Shown piece after piece: positions 41,601-55,214 of a DNA stretch of 64,000 nucleotides (within the stretch, counting starts at the first letter, position 1; each line of letters starts with the position of its first letter). This DNA is from Eledone cirrhosa. Taxonomy: Eukaryota. The position numbers and the translations under genes are program-made. The stretch covers positions 75,578,001 to 75,642,000 of the forward strand of contig OZ024743.1 of assembly GCA_964016885.1 (NCBI GenBank), given 5' to 3'. Below the pieces are notes generated by a model, which saw only the letters and a list, made by a program, of their open reading frames with translations, did no database searches and was not told the origin of the DNA.

Positions 41601-44600
41601 CCAATACCCTCTCTCTATAACAATACTACCAATACCCTACTACCAATACCCTCTCTCTATAACAATACTACCAATAGCCTACTACCAATACCCTCTCTCT
41701 ATAACAATACTACCAATAGCCTACTACCAATACCCTCTCTCTATAACAATACTACCAATAGCCTACTACCAATACCCTCTCTCTATAACAATACTACCAA
41801 TACCCTACTACCAATACCCTCTCTCTATAACAATACTACCAATACCCTACTACCAATACCCTCTCTCTATAACAATACTACCAATAGCCTACTACCAATA
41901 CCCTCTCTCTATAACAATACTACCAATACCCTACTACCAATACCCTCTCTCTATAACAATACTACCAATACCCTCTCTCTATAACAATACTACCAATAGC
42001 CTACTACCAATACCCTCTCTCTATAACAATACTACCAATACCCTACTACCAATACCCTCTCTCTATAACAATACTACCAATAGCCTACTACCAATACCCT
42101 CTCTCTATAACAATACTACCAATACCCTACTACCAATACCCTCTCTCTATAACAATACTACCAATACCCTACTACCAATACCCTCTCTCTATAACAATAC
42201 TACAAATACCCTCTCTCTATAACAACACTACCAATACCCTCTCTCTATAACAATACTACCAATACCCTCTCTCTATAACAACACTACCAATACCCTCTCT
42301 CTATAACAATACTACCAATACCCTCTCTCTATAATAACACTACCAATACCCTCTCTCTATAACAATACTACCAATACCCTCTCTCTATAACAATACTACC
42401 AATACCCTACTACCAATACCCTCTCTCTATAACAATACTACCAATACCCTCTCTCTATAACAATACTACCAATACCCTCTCTCTATAACAATACTACCAA
42501 TAGCCTACTACCAATACCCTCTCTCTATAACAATACTACCAATACCCTACTACCAATACCCTCTCTCTATAACAATACTACCAATACCCTCTCTCTATAA
42601 CAATACTACCAATACCCTACTACCAATACCCTCTCTCTATAACAATACTACCAATAGCCTACTACCAATACCCTCTCTCTATAACAATACTACCAATAGC
42701 CTACTACCAATACCCTCTCTCTATAACAATACTACCAATACCCTACTACCAATACCCTCTCTCTATAACAATACTACCAATACCCTCTCTCTATAACAAT
42801 ACTACCAATACCCTACTACCAATACCCTCTCTCTATAACAATACTACCAATACCCTCTCTCTATAACAATACTACCAATAGCCTACTACCAATACCCTCT
42901 CTCTATAACAATACTACCAATACCCTACTACCAATACCCTCTCTCTATAACAATACTACCAATACCCTCTCTCTATAACAATACTACCAATAGCCTACTA
43001 CCAATACCCTCTCTCTATAACAATACTACCAATAGCCTACTACCAATACCCTCTCTCTATAACAATACTACCAATAGCCTACTACCAATACCCTCTCTCT
43101 ATAACAATACTACCAATACCCTCTCTCTATAACAATACTACCAATAGCCTACTACCAATACCCTCTCTCTATAACAATACTACCAATACCCTACTACCAA
43201 TACCCTCTCTCTATAACAATACTACCAATACCCTCTCTCTATAACAATACTACCAATAGCCTACTACCAATACCCTCTCTCTATAACAATACTACCAATA
43301 CCCTACTACCAATACCCTCTCTCTATAACAATACTACCAATACCCTCTCTCTATAACAATACTACCAATAGCCTACTACCAATACCCTCTCTCTATAACA
43401 ATACTACCAATACCCTACTACCAATACCCTCTCTCTATAACAATACTACCAATACCCTCTCTCTATAACAATACTACCAATACCCTCTCTCTATAACAAT
43501 ACTACCAATAGCCTACTACCAATACCCTCTCTCTATAACAATACTACCAATACCCTACTACCAATACCCTCTCTCTATAACAATACTACCAATACCCTCT
43601 CTCTATAACAATACTACCAATACCCTCTCTCTATAACAATACTACCAATAGCCTACTACCAATACCCTCTCTCTATAACAATACTACCAATACCCTACTA
43701 CCAATACCCTCTCTCTATAACAATACTACCAATACCCTCTCTCTATAACAATACTACCAATACCCTCTCTCTATAACAATACTACCAATAGCCTACTACC
43801 AATACCCTCTCTCTATAACAATACTACCAATACCCTACTACCAATACCCTCTCTCTATAACAATACTACCAATACCCTCTCTCTATAACAATACTACCAA
43901 TACCCTACTACCAATACCCTCTCTCTATAACAATACTACCAATACCCTCTCTCTATAACAATACTACCAATAGCCTACTACCAATACCCTCTCTCTATAA
44001 CAATACTACCAATACCCTACTACCAATACCCTCTCTCTATAACAATACTACCAATACCCTCTCTCTATAACAATACTACCAATACCCTCTCTCTATAACA
44101 ACACTACCAATACCCTACTACCAATACCTCCTCTCTATAACAATACTACCAATACCTCCTCTCTATAACAACACTACCAATACCTCCTCTCTATAACAAC
44201 ACTACCAATACCTCCTCTCTATAACAATACTACCAATACCCTCTCTCTATAACAACACTACCAATACCCTACTACCAATACCTCCTCTCTATAACAATAC
44301 TACCAATACCCTCTCTCTATAACAACACTACCAATACCCTCTCTCTATAACAACACTACCAAAACCCTCTCTCTATAACAACACTACCAATACCCTCTCT
44401 CTATAACAACACTAACAATACCCTCTCTCTATAACAACACTACCAATACCCTCTCTCTATAACAACACTACCAAAACCCTCTCTCTATAACAACACTACC
44501 AATACCCTCTCTCTATAACAACACTAACAATACCCTCTCTCTATAACAACACTACCAATACCCTCTCTTTATAACAACACTACCAATACCCTCTCTCTAT

Positions 44601-47600
44601 AACAACACTACCAATACCCTACTACCAATACCCTCTCTCTATAACAATATTACCAATACCCTCTCTCTATAACAACACTACCAATACCCTCTCTCTATAA
44701 CAACACTACCAAAACCCTCTCTCTATAACAACACTACCAATACCCTCTCTCTATAACAACACTAACAATACCCTCTCTCTATAACAACACTACCAATACC
44801 CTCTCTTTATAACAACACTAACAATACCCTCTCTCTATAACAACACTACCAATACCCTCTCTCTATAACAACACTACCAAAACCCTCTCTCTATAACAAC
44901 ACTACCAATACCCTCTCTCTATAACAACACTAACAATACCTTCTCTCTATAACAACACTACCAATACCCTCTCTCTATAACAACACTACCAATACCTCCT
45001 CTCTATAACAACACTACCAATACCCTCTCTCTATAACAATACTACCAATACCTTAACTACCAATACCCTCTCTCTATAACAATACTACCAATACCCTCTC
45101 TCTATAACAACACTAACAATACCCTCTCTCTATAACAACACTACCAATACCCTCTCTCTATAACAATACTACCAATACCCTCTCTCTATAACAACAATAA
45201 CAATACCCTCTCTCTATAACAACACTACCAATACCCTCTCTCTATAACAACACTACCAATACCCCCTCTCTATAACAATACTACCAATACCCTCTCTCTA
45301 TAACAACACTACCAATACCCTCTCTCTATAACAACACTACCAATACCCTCTCTCTATAACAACAATACCTATACCCTCTCTCTATAACAACACTACCAAT
45401 ACCCTCTCTCTATAACAATACTACCAATACCCTCTCTCTATAACAACACTACCAATACCCTCTCTCTATAACAACACTACGAATACCCTCTCTCTATAAC
45501 AATACTACCAATACCCTCTCTCTATAACAATACTACCAATACCCTCTCTCTATAACAACACTACCAATACCCTTCTATAACAATACTACCAATACCCCCT
45601 CTCTATAACAACACTACCAATACCCTCTCTCTATAACAATACTACCAATACCCTCTCTCTATAACAATACTACCAATACCCTACTATCAATACCCTCTCT
45701 CTATAACAACACTACCAATACCCTCTCTCTATAATAATACTACCAATACCCTCTCTCTATAACAACACTACCAATACCCTTCTATAACAATACTACCAAT
45801 ACCCCCTCTCTATAACAACACTACCAATACCCTCTCTCTATAACAACACTACCAATACCCTTCTATAACAACACTACCAATACCCTCTCTCTATAACAAC
45901 ACTACCAATACCCTCTCTCTATAACAACACTACCAATACCCTCTCTCTATAACAACACTACCAATACCCTTCTATAACAACACTACCAATACCCTCTCTC
46001 TATAACAACACTACCAATACCCTCTCTCTATAACAACACTACCAATACCCTCTCTCTATAACAATACTACCAACACCCTCTCTCTATAACAACACTACCA
46101 ATACCCTCTCTCTATAACAATACTACCAATACCCTCTCTCTATAACAATACTACCAACACCCTCTCTCTATAACAACACTACCAATACCCTACTACCAAT
46201 ACCCCCTCTCTATAACAACACTACCAATACCCTCTCTCTATAACAACACTACCAATACCCTCTCTCTATAACAACACTACCAATACCCTCTCTCTATAAC
46301 AACACTACCAATACCCGCTCTCTATAACAACACTACCAATACCCTCTCTCTATAACAACACTACCAATACCCTCTCTCTATAACAACACTACCAATACCC
46401 TTCTATAACAACACTACCAATACCCTCTCTCTATAACAACACTACCAATACCCTACTACCAATACCCTCTCTCTATAACAATACTACCAATACCCTACTA
46501 CCAATACACTCTCTCTATAACAACACTACCAATACCCTCTCTCTATAACAACACTACCAATACCCCCTCTCTATAACAACAATACCAATACCCTCTCTCT
46601 ATAACAACACTACCAATACCCTACTACCAATACCCTCTCTCTATAACAATACTACCAATACCCTACTACCAATACACTCTCTCTATAACAACACTACCAA
46701 TACCCTATCTCTATAACAACACTACCAATACCCTACTACCAATACCCTCTCTCTATAACAATACTACCAATACCCTACTATCAATACCCCCTCTCTATAA
46801 CAACAATACCAATACCCTCTCTCTATAACAACACTACCAATACCCTCTCTCTATAACAAGACTACCAATACCCTACTACCAATACCCTCTCTCTATAACA
46901 ATACTACCAATACCCTACTACCAATACCCTCTCTCTATAACAATACTACCAATACCCTCTCTCTATAACAACACTACCAATACCCTACTACCAATACCCT
47001 CTCTCTACAACAACACTACCAATACCCTACTACCAATACCCTCTCTCTATAACAATACTACCAATACCCTCTCTCTATAACAATACTACCAATACCCTCT
47101 CTCTATAACAATACTACCAATACCCTCTCTCTATAACAATACTACCAATACCCTCTCTCTATAACAACACTACCAATACCCTACTACCAATACCCTCTCT
47201 CTATAACAACACTATCAATACCCTACTACAAATACTCTCTCTCTATAACAACACTTCCAGTACCCTACTACCAATACCCTCTCTCTATAACAACACTACC
47301 AATACCCTCTCTCTATAACAACACTACCAATACCCTACTACCAATACCCTCTCTCTATAACAACACTACCAATACCCTCTCTCTATAACAACACTACCAA
47401 CACCCTACTACCAATACCCTCTCTCTATAACAACACTACCAATACCCTACTACCAATACCCTCTCTCTATAACAACACTACCAATACCCTACTACCAATA
47501 TACTCTCTCTATAACAACACTTCCAGTACCCTACTACCAATACCCTCTCTCTATAACAACACTACCAATACCCTACTACCAATACCCCCTCTCTATAACA

Positions 47601-50600
47601 ACACTACCAATACCCTCTCTCTATAACAACACTACCAATACCCTACTACCAATACCCTCTCTCTATAACAACACTACCAATACCCTACTACCAATATACT
47701 CTCTCTATAACAACACTTCCAGTACCCTACTACCAATACCCTCTCTCTATAACAACACTACCAATACCCTACTACCAATACCCTCTCTCTATAACAACAC
47801 TACCAATACCCTCTCTCTATAACAACACTACCAATACCCTCTCTCTATAACAACACTACCAATACCCTCTCTCTATAACAATACTACCAATACCCTCTCT
47901 CTATAACAACACTACCAATACCCTACTACCAATAACGTACTACCAATACCCTCTCTCTATAACAACACTACAAATACCCTACTACCAATACCCTCTCTCT
48001 ATAACAACACTACCAATACCCTACTACCAATACCCTCTCTCTATAACAACACTACCAATACCCTACTACCAATACCCTCTCTCTATAACAACACTACCAA
48101 TACCCTACTACCAATACCCTCTCTCTATAACAACACTACCAATACCCTACTACCAATACCCTCTCTCTATAACAATACTACCAATACCCTCTCTCTATGA
48201 CAATACTACCAATACCCTCTCTCTATAACAATACTACCAATACCCTCTCTCTATAACAACACTACCAATACCCTACTACCAATACCCTCTCTCTATAACA
48301 ATACTACCAATACCCTACTACCATTACCCTCACTCTATAACAACACTACCAATACCCCCTCTCTATAACAATACTACCAATACCCTACTACCAATACCCT
48401 CTCTCTATAACAACACTACCAATACCCTCTCTCTATAACAACACTACCAATACCCTCTCTCTATAACAATACTACCAATACCCTCTCTCTATAACAATAC
48501 TACCAATACCCTCTCTCTATAACAACACTACCAATACCCTCTCTCTATAACAACACTACCAATACCCTCTCTCTATAACAATACTACCAATACCCTCTCT
48601 CTATAACGATACTACCAATACCCTCTCTCTATAACAATACTACCAATACCCTACTACCAATACCGTCTCTCTATAACAACACTACCAATACCCTACTACC
48701 AATACCCTCTCTCTATAACAACACTACCAATACCCTACTACCAATACCCTCTCTCTATAACAACACTACCAATACCCTAGTACCAATACCCTCTCTCTAT
48801 AACAACACTACCAATTCCCTGCTACCAATACCCTACTACCAATACCCTCTCTCTATAACAACACTACCAATACCCTACTACCAATACCCTCTCCCTCTAA
48901 CAACACTACCAATACCCTACTACCAATACCCTCTCTCTATAACAACACTACCAATACCCTCTCTCTATAACAACACTACCAATTCCCTGCTACCAATACC
49001 CTAGTACCAATACCCTCTCTCTATAACAACACTACCAATTCCCTGCTACCAATACCCTACTACCAATACCCTCTCTCTATAACAACACTACCAATTCCCT
49101 GCTACCAATACCCTACTACCAATACCCTCTCCCTCTAACAACACTACCAATACCCTACTACCACTACCCTCTCTCTATAACAACACTACAAATACCCTAC
49201 TACCAATACCCTCTCTCTATAACAACACTACCAATACCCTCTCTCTATAACAATACTACCAATACCCTACTACCAATACCCTCTCTCTATAACAACACTA
49301 CCAATACACTCTCTCTATAACAACACTACCAATACCCTCTCTCTATAACAACACTACCAATACCCTACTACCAATACCCTCTCTCTATAACTATACTACC
49401 AATACCCTACTACCAATACCCTCACTCTATAACAACACTACCAATACCCCCTCTCTATAACAATACTACCAATACCCTACTACCAATACTCTCTCTCTAT
49501 AACAACACTACCAATACCCTCTCTCTATAACAACACTACCAATACCCTCTCTCTATAACAACACTACCAATACCCTCTCTCTATAACAACACTACCAATA
49601 CCCTCTCTCTATAACAATACTACCAATACCCTCTCTCTATAACAATACTACCAATACCCTCTCTCTATAACAACACTACCAATACCCTCTCTCTATAACA
49701 ATACTACCAATACCCTCTCTCTATAACAACACTACCAATACCCTCTCTCTATAACAATACTACCAATACCCCCTCTCTATAACAATTCTACCAATACCCT
49801 ACTACCAATACCCTCTCTCTATAACAATACTACCAATACCCTCTCTCTATAACAACACTACAAATACCCTACTACCAATACCCTCTCTCTATAACAATAC
49901 TACCAATACCCTCTCTCTATAACAACACTACAAATACCCTACTACCAATACCCTCTCTCTATAACAACACTACCAATACCCTCTCTCTATAACAACACTA
50001 CCAATACCCTACTACCAATACCCTCTCTCTATAACAACACTACCAATACCCTCTCTCTATAACAATACTACCAATACCTTCTCTCTATAACAATACTACC
50101 AATACCCTACTACCAATACTCTCTCTCTATAACAATACTACCAATACGCTCTCTCTATAACAACACTACCAATCCCCTACTACCAATAACGTACTACCAA
50201 TACCCTCTCTCTATAACAACACTACAAATACCCTACTACCAATACCCTCTCTCTATAACAATACTACCAATACCCTACTACCAGTACCCTCTCTCTATAA
50301 CAATACTACCAATACCCTACTACCAATACCCTCTCTCTATAACAATACTACCAATACTCTCTCTCTATAACAACACTACCAATACCCTACTACCAATACC
50401 CTCTCTCTATAACAATACTACCAATACCCTACTACCAGTACCCTCTCTCTATAACAATACTACCAATACCCTACTACCAATACCCTCTCTCTATAACAAT
50501 ACTACCAATACTCTCTCTATATAACAATACTACCAATACCCTACTACCAATACCCTCTCTCTATAACAACACTACCAATACCCTACTACCAATACCCTCT

Positions 50601-51570
50601 CTCTATAACAATACTACCAATACCCTACTACCAATACCCTCTCTCTATAACGATACTACCAATACCCTACTACCAATACCCTCTCTCTATAACAACACTA
50701 CCAATACCCCCCCTCTATAACAATACTACCAATACCCTCTCTCTATAACAACACTACCAATACCCTCTCTCTATAACAACACTACCAATACCCTCTCTCT
50801 ATAACAATACTACCAATACCCTACTACCAATACCCTCTCTCTATAACGATACTACCAATACCCTACTACCAATACCCTCTCTCTATAACGATACTACCAA
50901 TACCCTACTACCAATACCCTCTCTCTATAACAACACTACCAATACCCTCTCTCTATAACAACACTACCAATACCCCCTCTCTATAACAATACTACCAATA
51001 CCCTCTCTCTATAACAACACTACCAATACCCTCTCTCTATAACAACACTACCAATACCCTCTCTCTATAACAATACTACCAATACCCTCTCTCTATAACA
51101 ATACTACCAATACCCTCTCTCTATAACAACACTACCAATACCCTCTCTCTATAACAACACTACCAATACCCTCTCTCTATAACAACACTACCAATACCCT
51201 CCCTCTATAACAATACTACCAATACCCTCTCTCTATAACAACACTACCAATACCCTCTCTCTATAACAACACTACCAATACCCTCTCTCTATAACAACAC
51301 TACCAATACCCTCTCTCTATAACAATACTACCAATACCCTCTCTCTATAACAACACTACCAATACCCTCTCTCTATAACAATACTACCAATACCCTCTCT
51401 CTATAACAACACTACCAATACCCTCTCTCTATAACAACACTACCAATACCCTACTACCAATACCCTCTCTCTATAACAATACTACCAATACCCTACTACC
51501 AATACCCTCTCTCTATAACAATACTACCAATACCCTACTACCAATACCCTCTCTCTATAACAATACTAAT
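14650..51570 (+). repeat. about 37-kb satellite of 28-bp units CCCTCTCTCTATAACAA(C/T)ACTACCAATA interspersed with 14-bp units CCCTACTACCAATA
   Basis: Directly visible; + strand almost free of G; no interruption by other sequence noticed. Confidence 0.99.
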
Positions 51571-52006
51571 ACTTTTCTTTCTTTAACAATTTTTCATTTA
51601 AAACATTTGTTTTTGTTTCGTTTTGTCCAGTTTTAGATATTCAAGTAGTAATCTCTATGACGTTCTGCCATACTTCTGCCATATTTCTGCCATATTTCTG
51701 CCATATATTCCCACTATAAACAATTTAGCATCTTAATGTTGGTTACTATGGCAACAAACCAGTCATGTAGTCATAAGCAATTAATATAACTGATGCTGAT
51801 CCAATAGGAGAGTTTCTATGTAGTAGCATGACATGCTAGAAATAGCAGCCAAATCTCTTGTAAATCACAGTTTGTTGTCTTAAAATGAGGGAAGGATATA
51901 TATGATAAAGTAGTCCTAGGTGGACATAGCCTGATAAAAAGGACAAGACAGTCACAGCTGGAATGTCTTCCATCATTGATCTGTTCAATCAAGCTAACCT
52001 ATAGTT

Positions 52007-52115
52007 ATAATAATAATAATGAAATTATTGTGTACAGTGCTCAGGTGCACTACAACTCATCAAAGGTGCATGTATAGTACATAGAATAATGTACAAATGT
52101 CAGGAAAATGAACAG
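52007..52115 (-). mobile_element. CR1/L2-like LINE 3' tail fragment
   Basis: Same tail as at 4725, 8953 and 63640. Confidence 0.85.
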
Positions 52116-52555
52116 AATGGTTTCTGATTCAGGCACAAGGCCAACAATTTGGGGGAGGGGGGTTGATTAAATCGACCCCAGTGTGTTATTGCTACTTTAT
52201 TTTGACCCCCACAAGGTATAAGGTAAAGCTAGCCTTGGCGGGATTTGAGCTCAGAATGTAAAGGGATGTAACTCTATGCTACAAAGCATGTTGTCTAACA
52301 CTCTACCAATTACTTCCAATCCACACAAAAATAAATGGTGCTATAATGATATGAAACTATTTAACTAAAACCATTCTTGTTTTCCAAATATTCTTATACT
52401 TCAAATATTTTATTATAATAATAATTGTTTCTACTTTTTGGCAAGACCAGCAATTACCCAGTATAATTACTGGTACTTTATTTTATCGACCCCGTAAGAA
52501 TGAAAGGCAAAGTTAACCTCGGCGGGATTTGAACTCAGAATGCAAAGGCCGTAAA
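52115..52555 (-). mobile_element. two SINE family B copies (52115-52320 and 52420-52555)
   Basis: GACCCC...AAGG...AAAG(T/C)TA(A/G)CCT(C/T)GGCGGGATTTGA(A/G)CTCAGA in both. Confidence 0.75.
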
Positions 52556-52564
52556 TAATAGGAT

Positions 52565-52736
52565 TATAATAATAATGAAATTATTGTGTAAGTGCTCAGG
52601 TGCACTGCAACTCATCAAAGGTGTATGTATAGACCATAGAATAATATACAAATGTCAGGGAAGTGAATAGTGTATGAGTCATGATATACAAGTGTGTGTG
52701 TGTATGGAGGGGCAATATTAGGTGTAGTGTTGGCGA
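52565..52736 (-). mobile_element. CR1/L2-like LINE 3' tail fragment
   Basis: Matches the reverse complement of 63550-63720. Confidence 0.85.
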
Positions 52737-54525
52737 CTGTATGACACCTGTGTGTGAAGTGCAATGCTGCATGGTAGTGAAATATGGGCAGTGACTACAG
52801 AGGACATGTGGTGCTACATGGTAGTGAAACATGGGCTGTGACTGTGGAGGACATGTGGTGCTGCATGGTAGTGAAACATGGTCAGTGACTGTGGAGGACA
52901 TGTGGTGCTACATGGTAGTGAAATATGGGCATTGACTGTGGAAGACATGTGGTGTTACATGGTAGTGAAACATGGGCAGTGACTGTAGAAGACATGTGGT
53001 GCTACATGGTAGTGAAACATAGGCAGTGAATGTGGAGGACATGTGGTGCTACATGGTAGTGAAATATGGTCAGTGACTGTGGAGGACATGTGGTGCTACA
53101 TGGTAGTGAAACATGGGCAGTGACTGTGGAGGACATGTGGTGCTACATGGTAGTGAAACATGGGCAGTGATTGTGGAGGACATGTGGTGCTACATCGTAG
53201 TGAAACATGGGCAGTGACTGTGGAGGACATGTGGTGCTACATGGTAGTGAAATATGGGCTGTGACTGTGGAGGACATGTGGTGCTGCATGGTAGTGAAAC
53301 ATGGTCAGTGACTGTGGAGGACATGTGGTGCTACATGGTAGTGAAACATGGGCAGTGACTGTAGAAGACATGTGGTGCTACATGGTAGTGAAACATGGGC
53401 AGTGACTGTGAAGGACATGTGGTGCTACATGGTAGTGAAATATAGGCAGTGACTGTGGAGGACATGTTGTGCTACATTGTAGTGAAACATGGGCAGTGAC
53501 TGTGGAGGACATGTTGTGCTACATTGTAGTGAAATATGGGCAGTGACTGTGGAGGACATGTGGTGCTACATGGTAGTGAAATATGGGCAGTGACTGTGGA
53601 GGACACGTGGTACTACATTGTAGTGAAACATGGGCAGTGACTGTGGAGGACATGTGGTGCTACATTGTAGTGAAATATGGGCAGTGATTGTGGAGGACAT
53701 GTTGTGCTACATGGTAGTGAAATATGGGCAGTGACTGTGGAGGACATGTTGTGCTACATTGTAGTGAAACATGGGCAATGACTGTGGAGGACACGTGGTA
53801 CTACATGGTAGTGAAATATGGGCAGTGACTGTGGAGGACATGTTGTGCTACATGGTAGTGAAATATGGGCAGTGACTGTGGAGGACATGTGCTACATGGT
53901 AGTGAAATATGGGCAGTGACTGTGGAGGACATGTGGTACTACATTGTAGTGAAACATGGGCAGTGACTGTGGAGGACATGTTGTGCTACATTGTAGTGAA
54001 ACATGGGCAGTGACTGTTGAGGACACGTGGTACTACATTGTAGTGAAACATGGGCAGTGACTGTGGAGGACATGTGGTGCTACATTGTAGTGAAACATGG
54101 GCAGTGACTGTTGAGGACACGTGGTACTACATGGTAGTGAAACATGGGCAGTGACTACAGAGGACATATGTAGACTGGAGAGAAATGAAGCAGCCATGCT
54201 TTGTTGGATGTGTCATGTAAATGTGAGAGAAAGACAGAGCTTGGATGAACTGAGGGAGAAGCTGGGGTTAAGAGGAATCTGATGAGGTGTGCAGGAAAGA
54301 AGACTGCATTGGTATAGACATGTGATGTGCATGGATGATGATTCCTAGGTGAAGAAGGGACAAGAAATGCCAGTAGTAGGAAGTTGCAGTAGAGGTAGAT
54401 TGAGGAAGACCTAGGCAGAGGTGGTGAAAGATGACATCAAATCACTAAGACTCATAGAGGTAATGACAAATAAATGTGGCAAGTGGAAAGATGCCGTTTT
54501 GAGAAGGATCTGTCCAACCCATGCA
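52737..54525 (+). mobile_element. RTE LINE 3' fragment with an internal 47-bp minisatellite (about 30 copies, 52764-54168)
   Basis: Flanks translate LYDTCV*SAMLHGSE... and ...EDICRLERNEAAMLCWMC, colinear with the RTE at 6562-6680. Unit GTGGTGCTACATGGTAGTGAAACATGGGCAGTGACTGTGGAGGACAT. Confidence 0.9.
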
Positions 54526-54789
54526 ATAAAATACCAGTCTGGATTGGCAGAATTGTTAAAAAGTCAGATGAGGTGTTTTGTAGTTTCTGATATGGTTCGG
54601 TGTGTTCTAAGTTTAACCCTTTCCTAACCACATTTCTAATGAAATACACTTTAATTAGTTAATGAAGAATTTTGAGGGATTTACTAAAATTACTAATTAT
54701 TTCATTACTAGGATAGTAACTTAAACCTTTGATGACCATATTTCCAGCCTTCACTCCCATCCCAATCCCCTGATTATCAAATTTTGCTT

Positions 54790-55015
54790 ATCATCATCAT
54801 CAACATCATCATCATTTAACGTCTATCTTCCACGCTAGAATGGGTTAGATGGGAATTGTCCCACTTGAGGCAAGATTGATCGGGTGACTGTGTCTCACTC
54901 GTATAGAACTGTATCTGGCAGGTTTTCTACGGCTGGATGCCCTTCCTAACACAAACCACATTTACAGTGTGGACTGGGAGACTTTTTACTGTCTCCTACA
55001 TGACCACTTTACAGT
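54790..55015 (-). mobile_element. SINE family A copy
   Basis: (CAT)n tail then TTTAACGTCTATCTTCCACGCTAG...TTTCTACGGCTGGATGCCCTTCCTAACAC. Confidence 0.75.
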
Positions 55016-55214
55016 TTACTATTAGTATTTATTTTCCAGTAGAGTCACTCTGGAGTAACATAGAGAAAATGAAGCAGTGTTTAGAATGTATTTCCAAAGA
55101 GAACCATAAAAATAATTCAAATGACTCGGGTGGGGGTGTCAGAACATTCTGAATGAGTGTTTTAATTTCCAATAATTCTATGGGGAAGTTTTGAAATAAA
55201 CATATCACTGTTTA

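Noticed and set aside
14650-51570. CRISPR-like array, telomere, or mucin-like coding repeat
   Set aside because: No unique spacers, no TTAGGG-type unit, and the 28-bp period shifts frame and brings in TAA stops. The 70-aa ORF at 23035 comes from local 42-bp periodicity.
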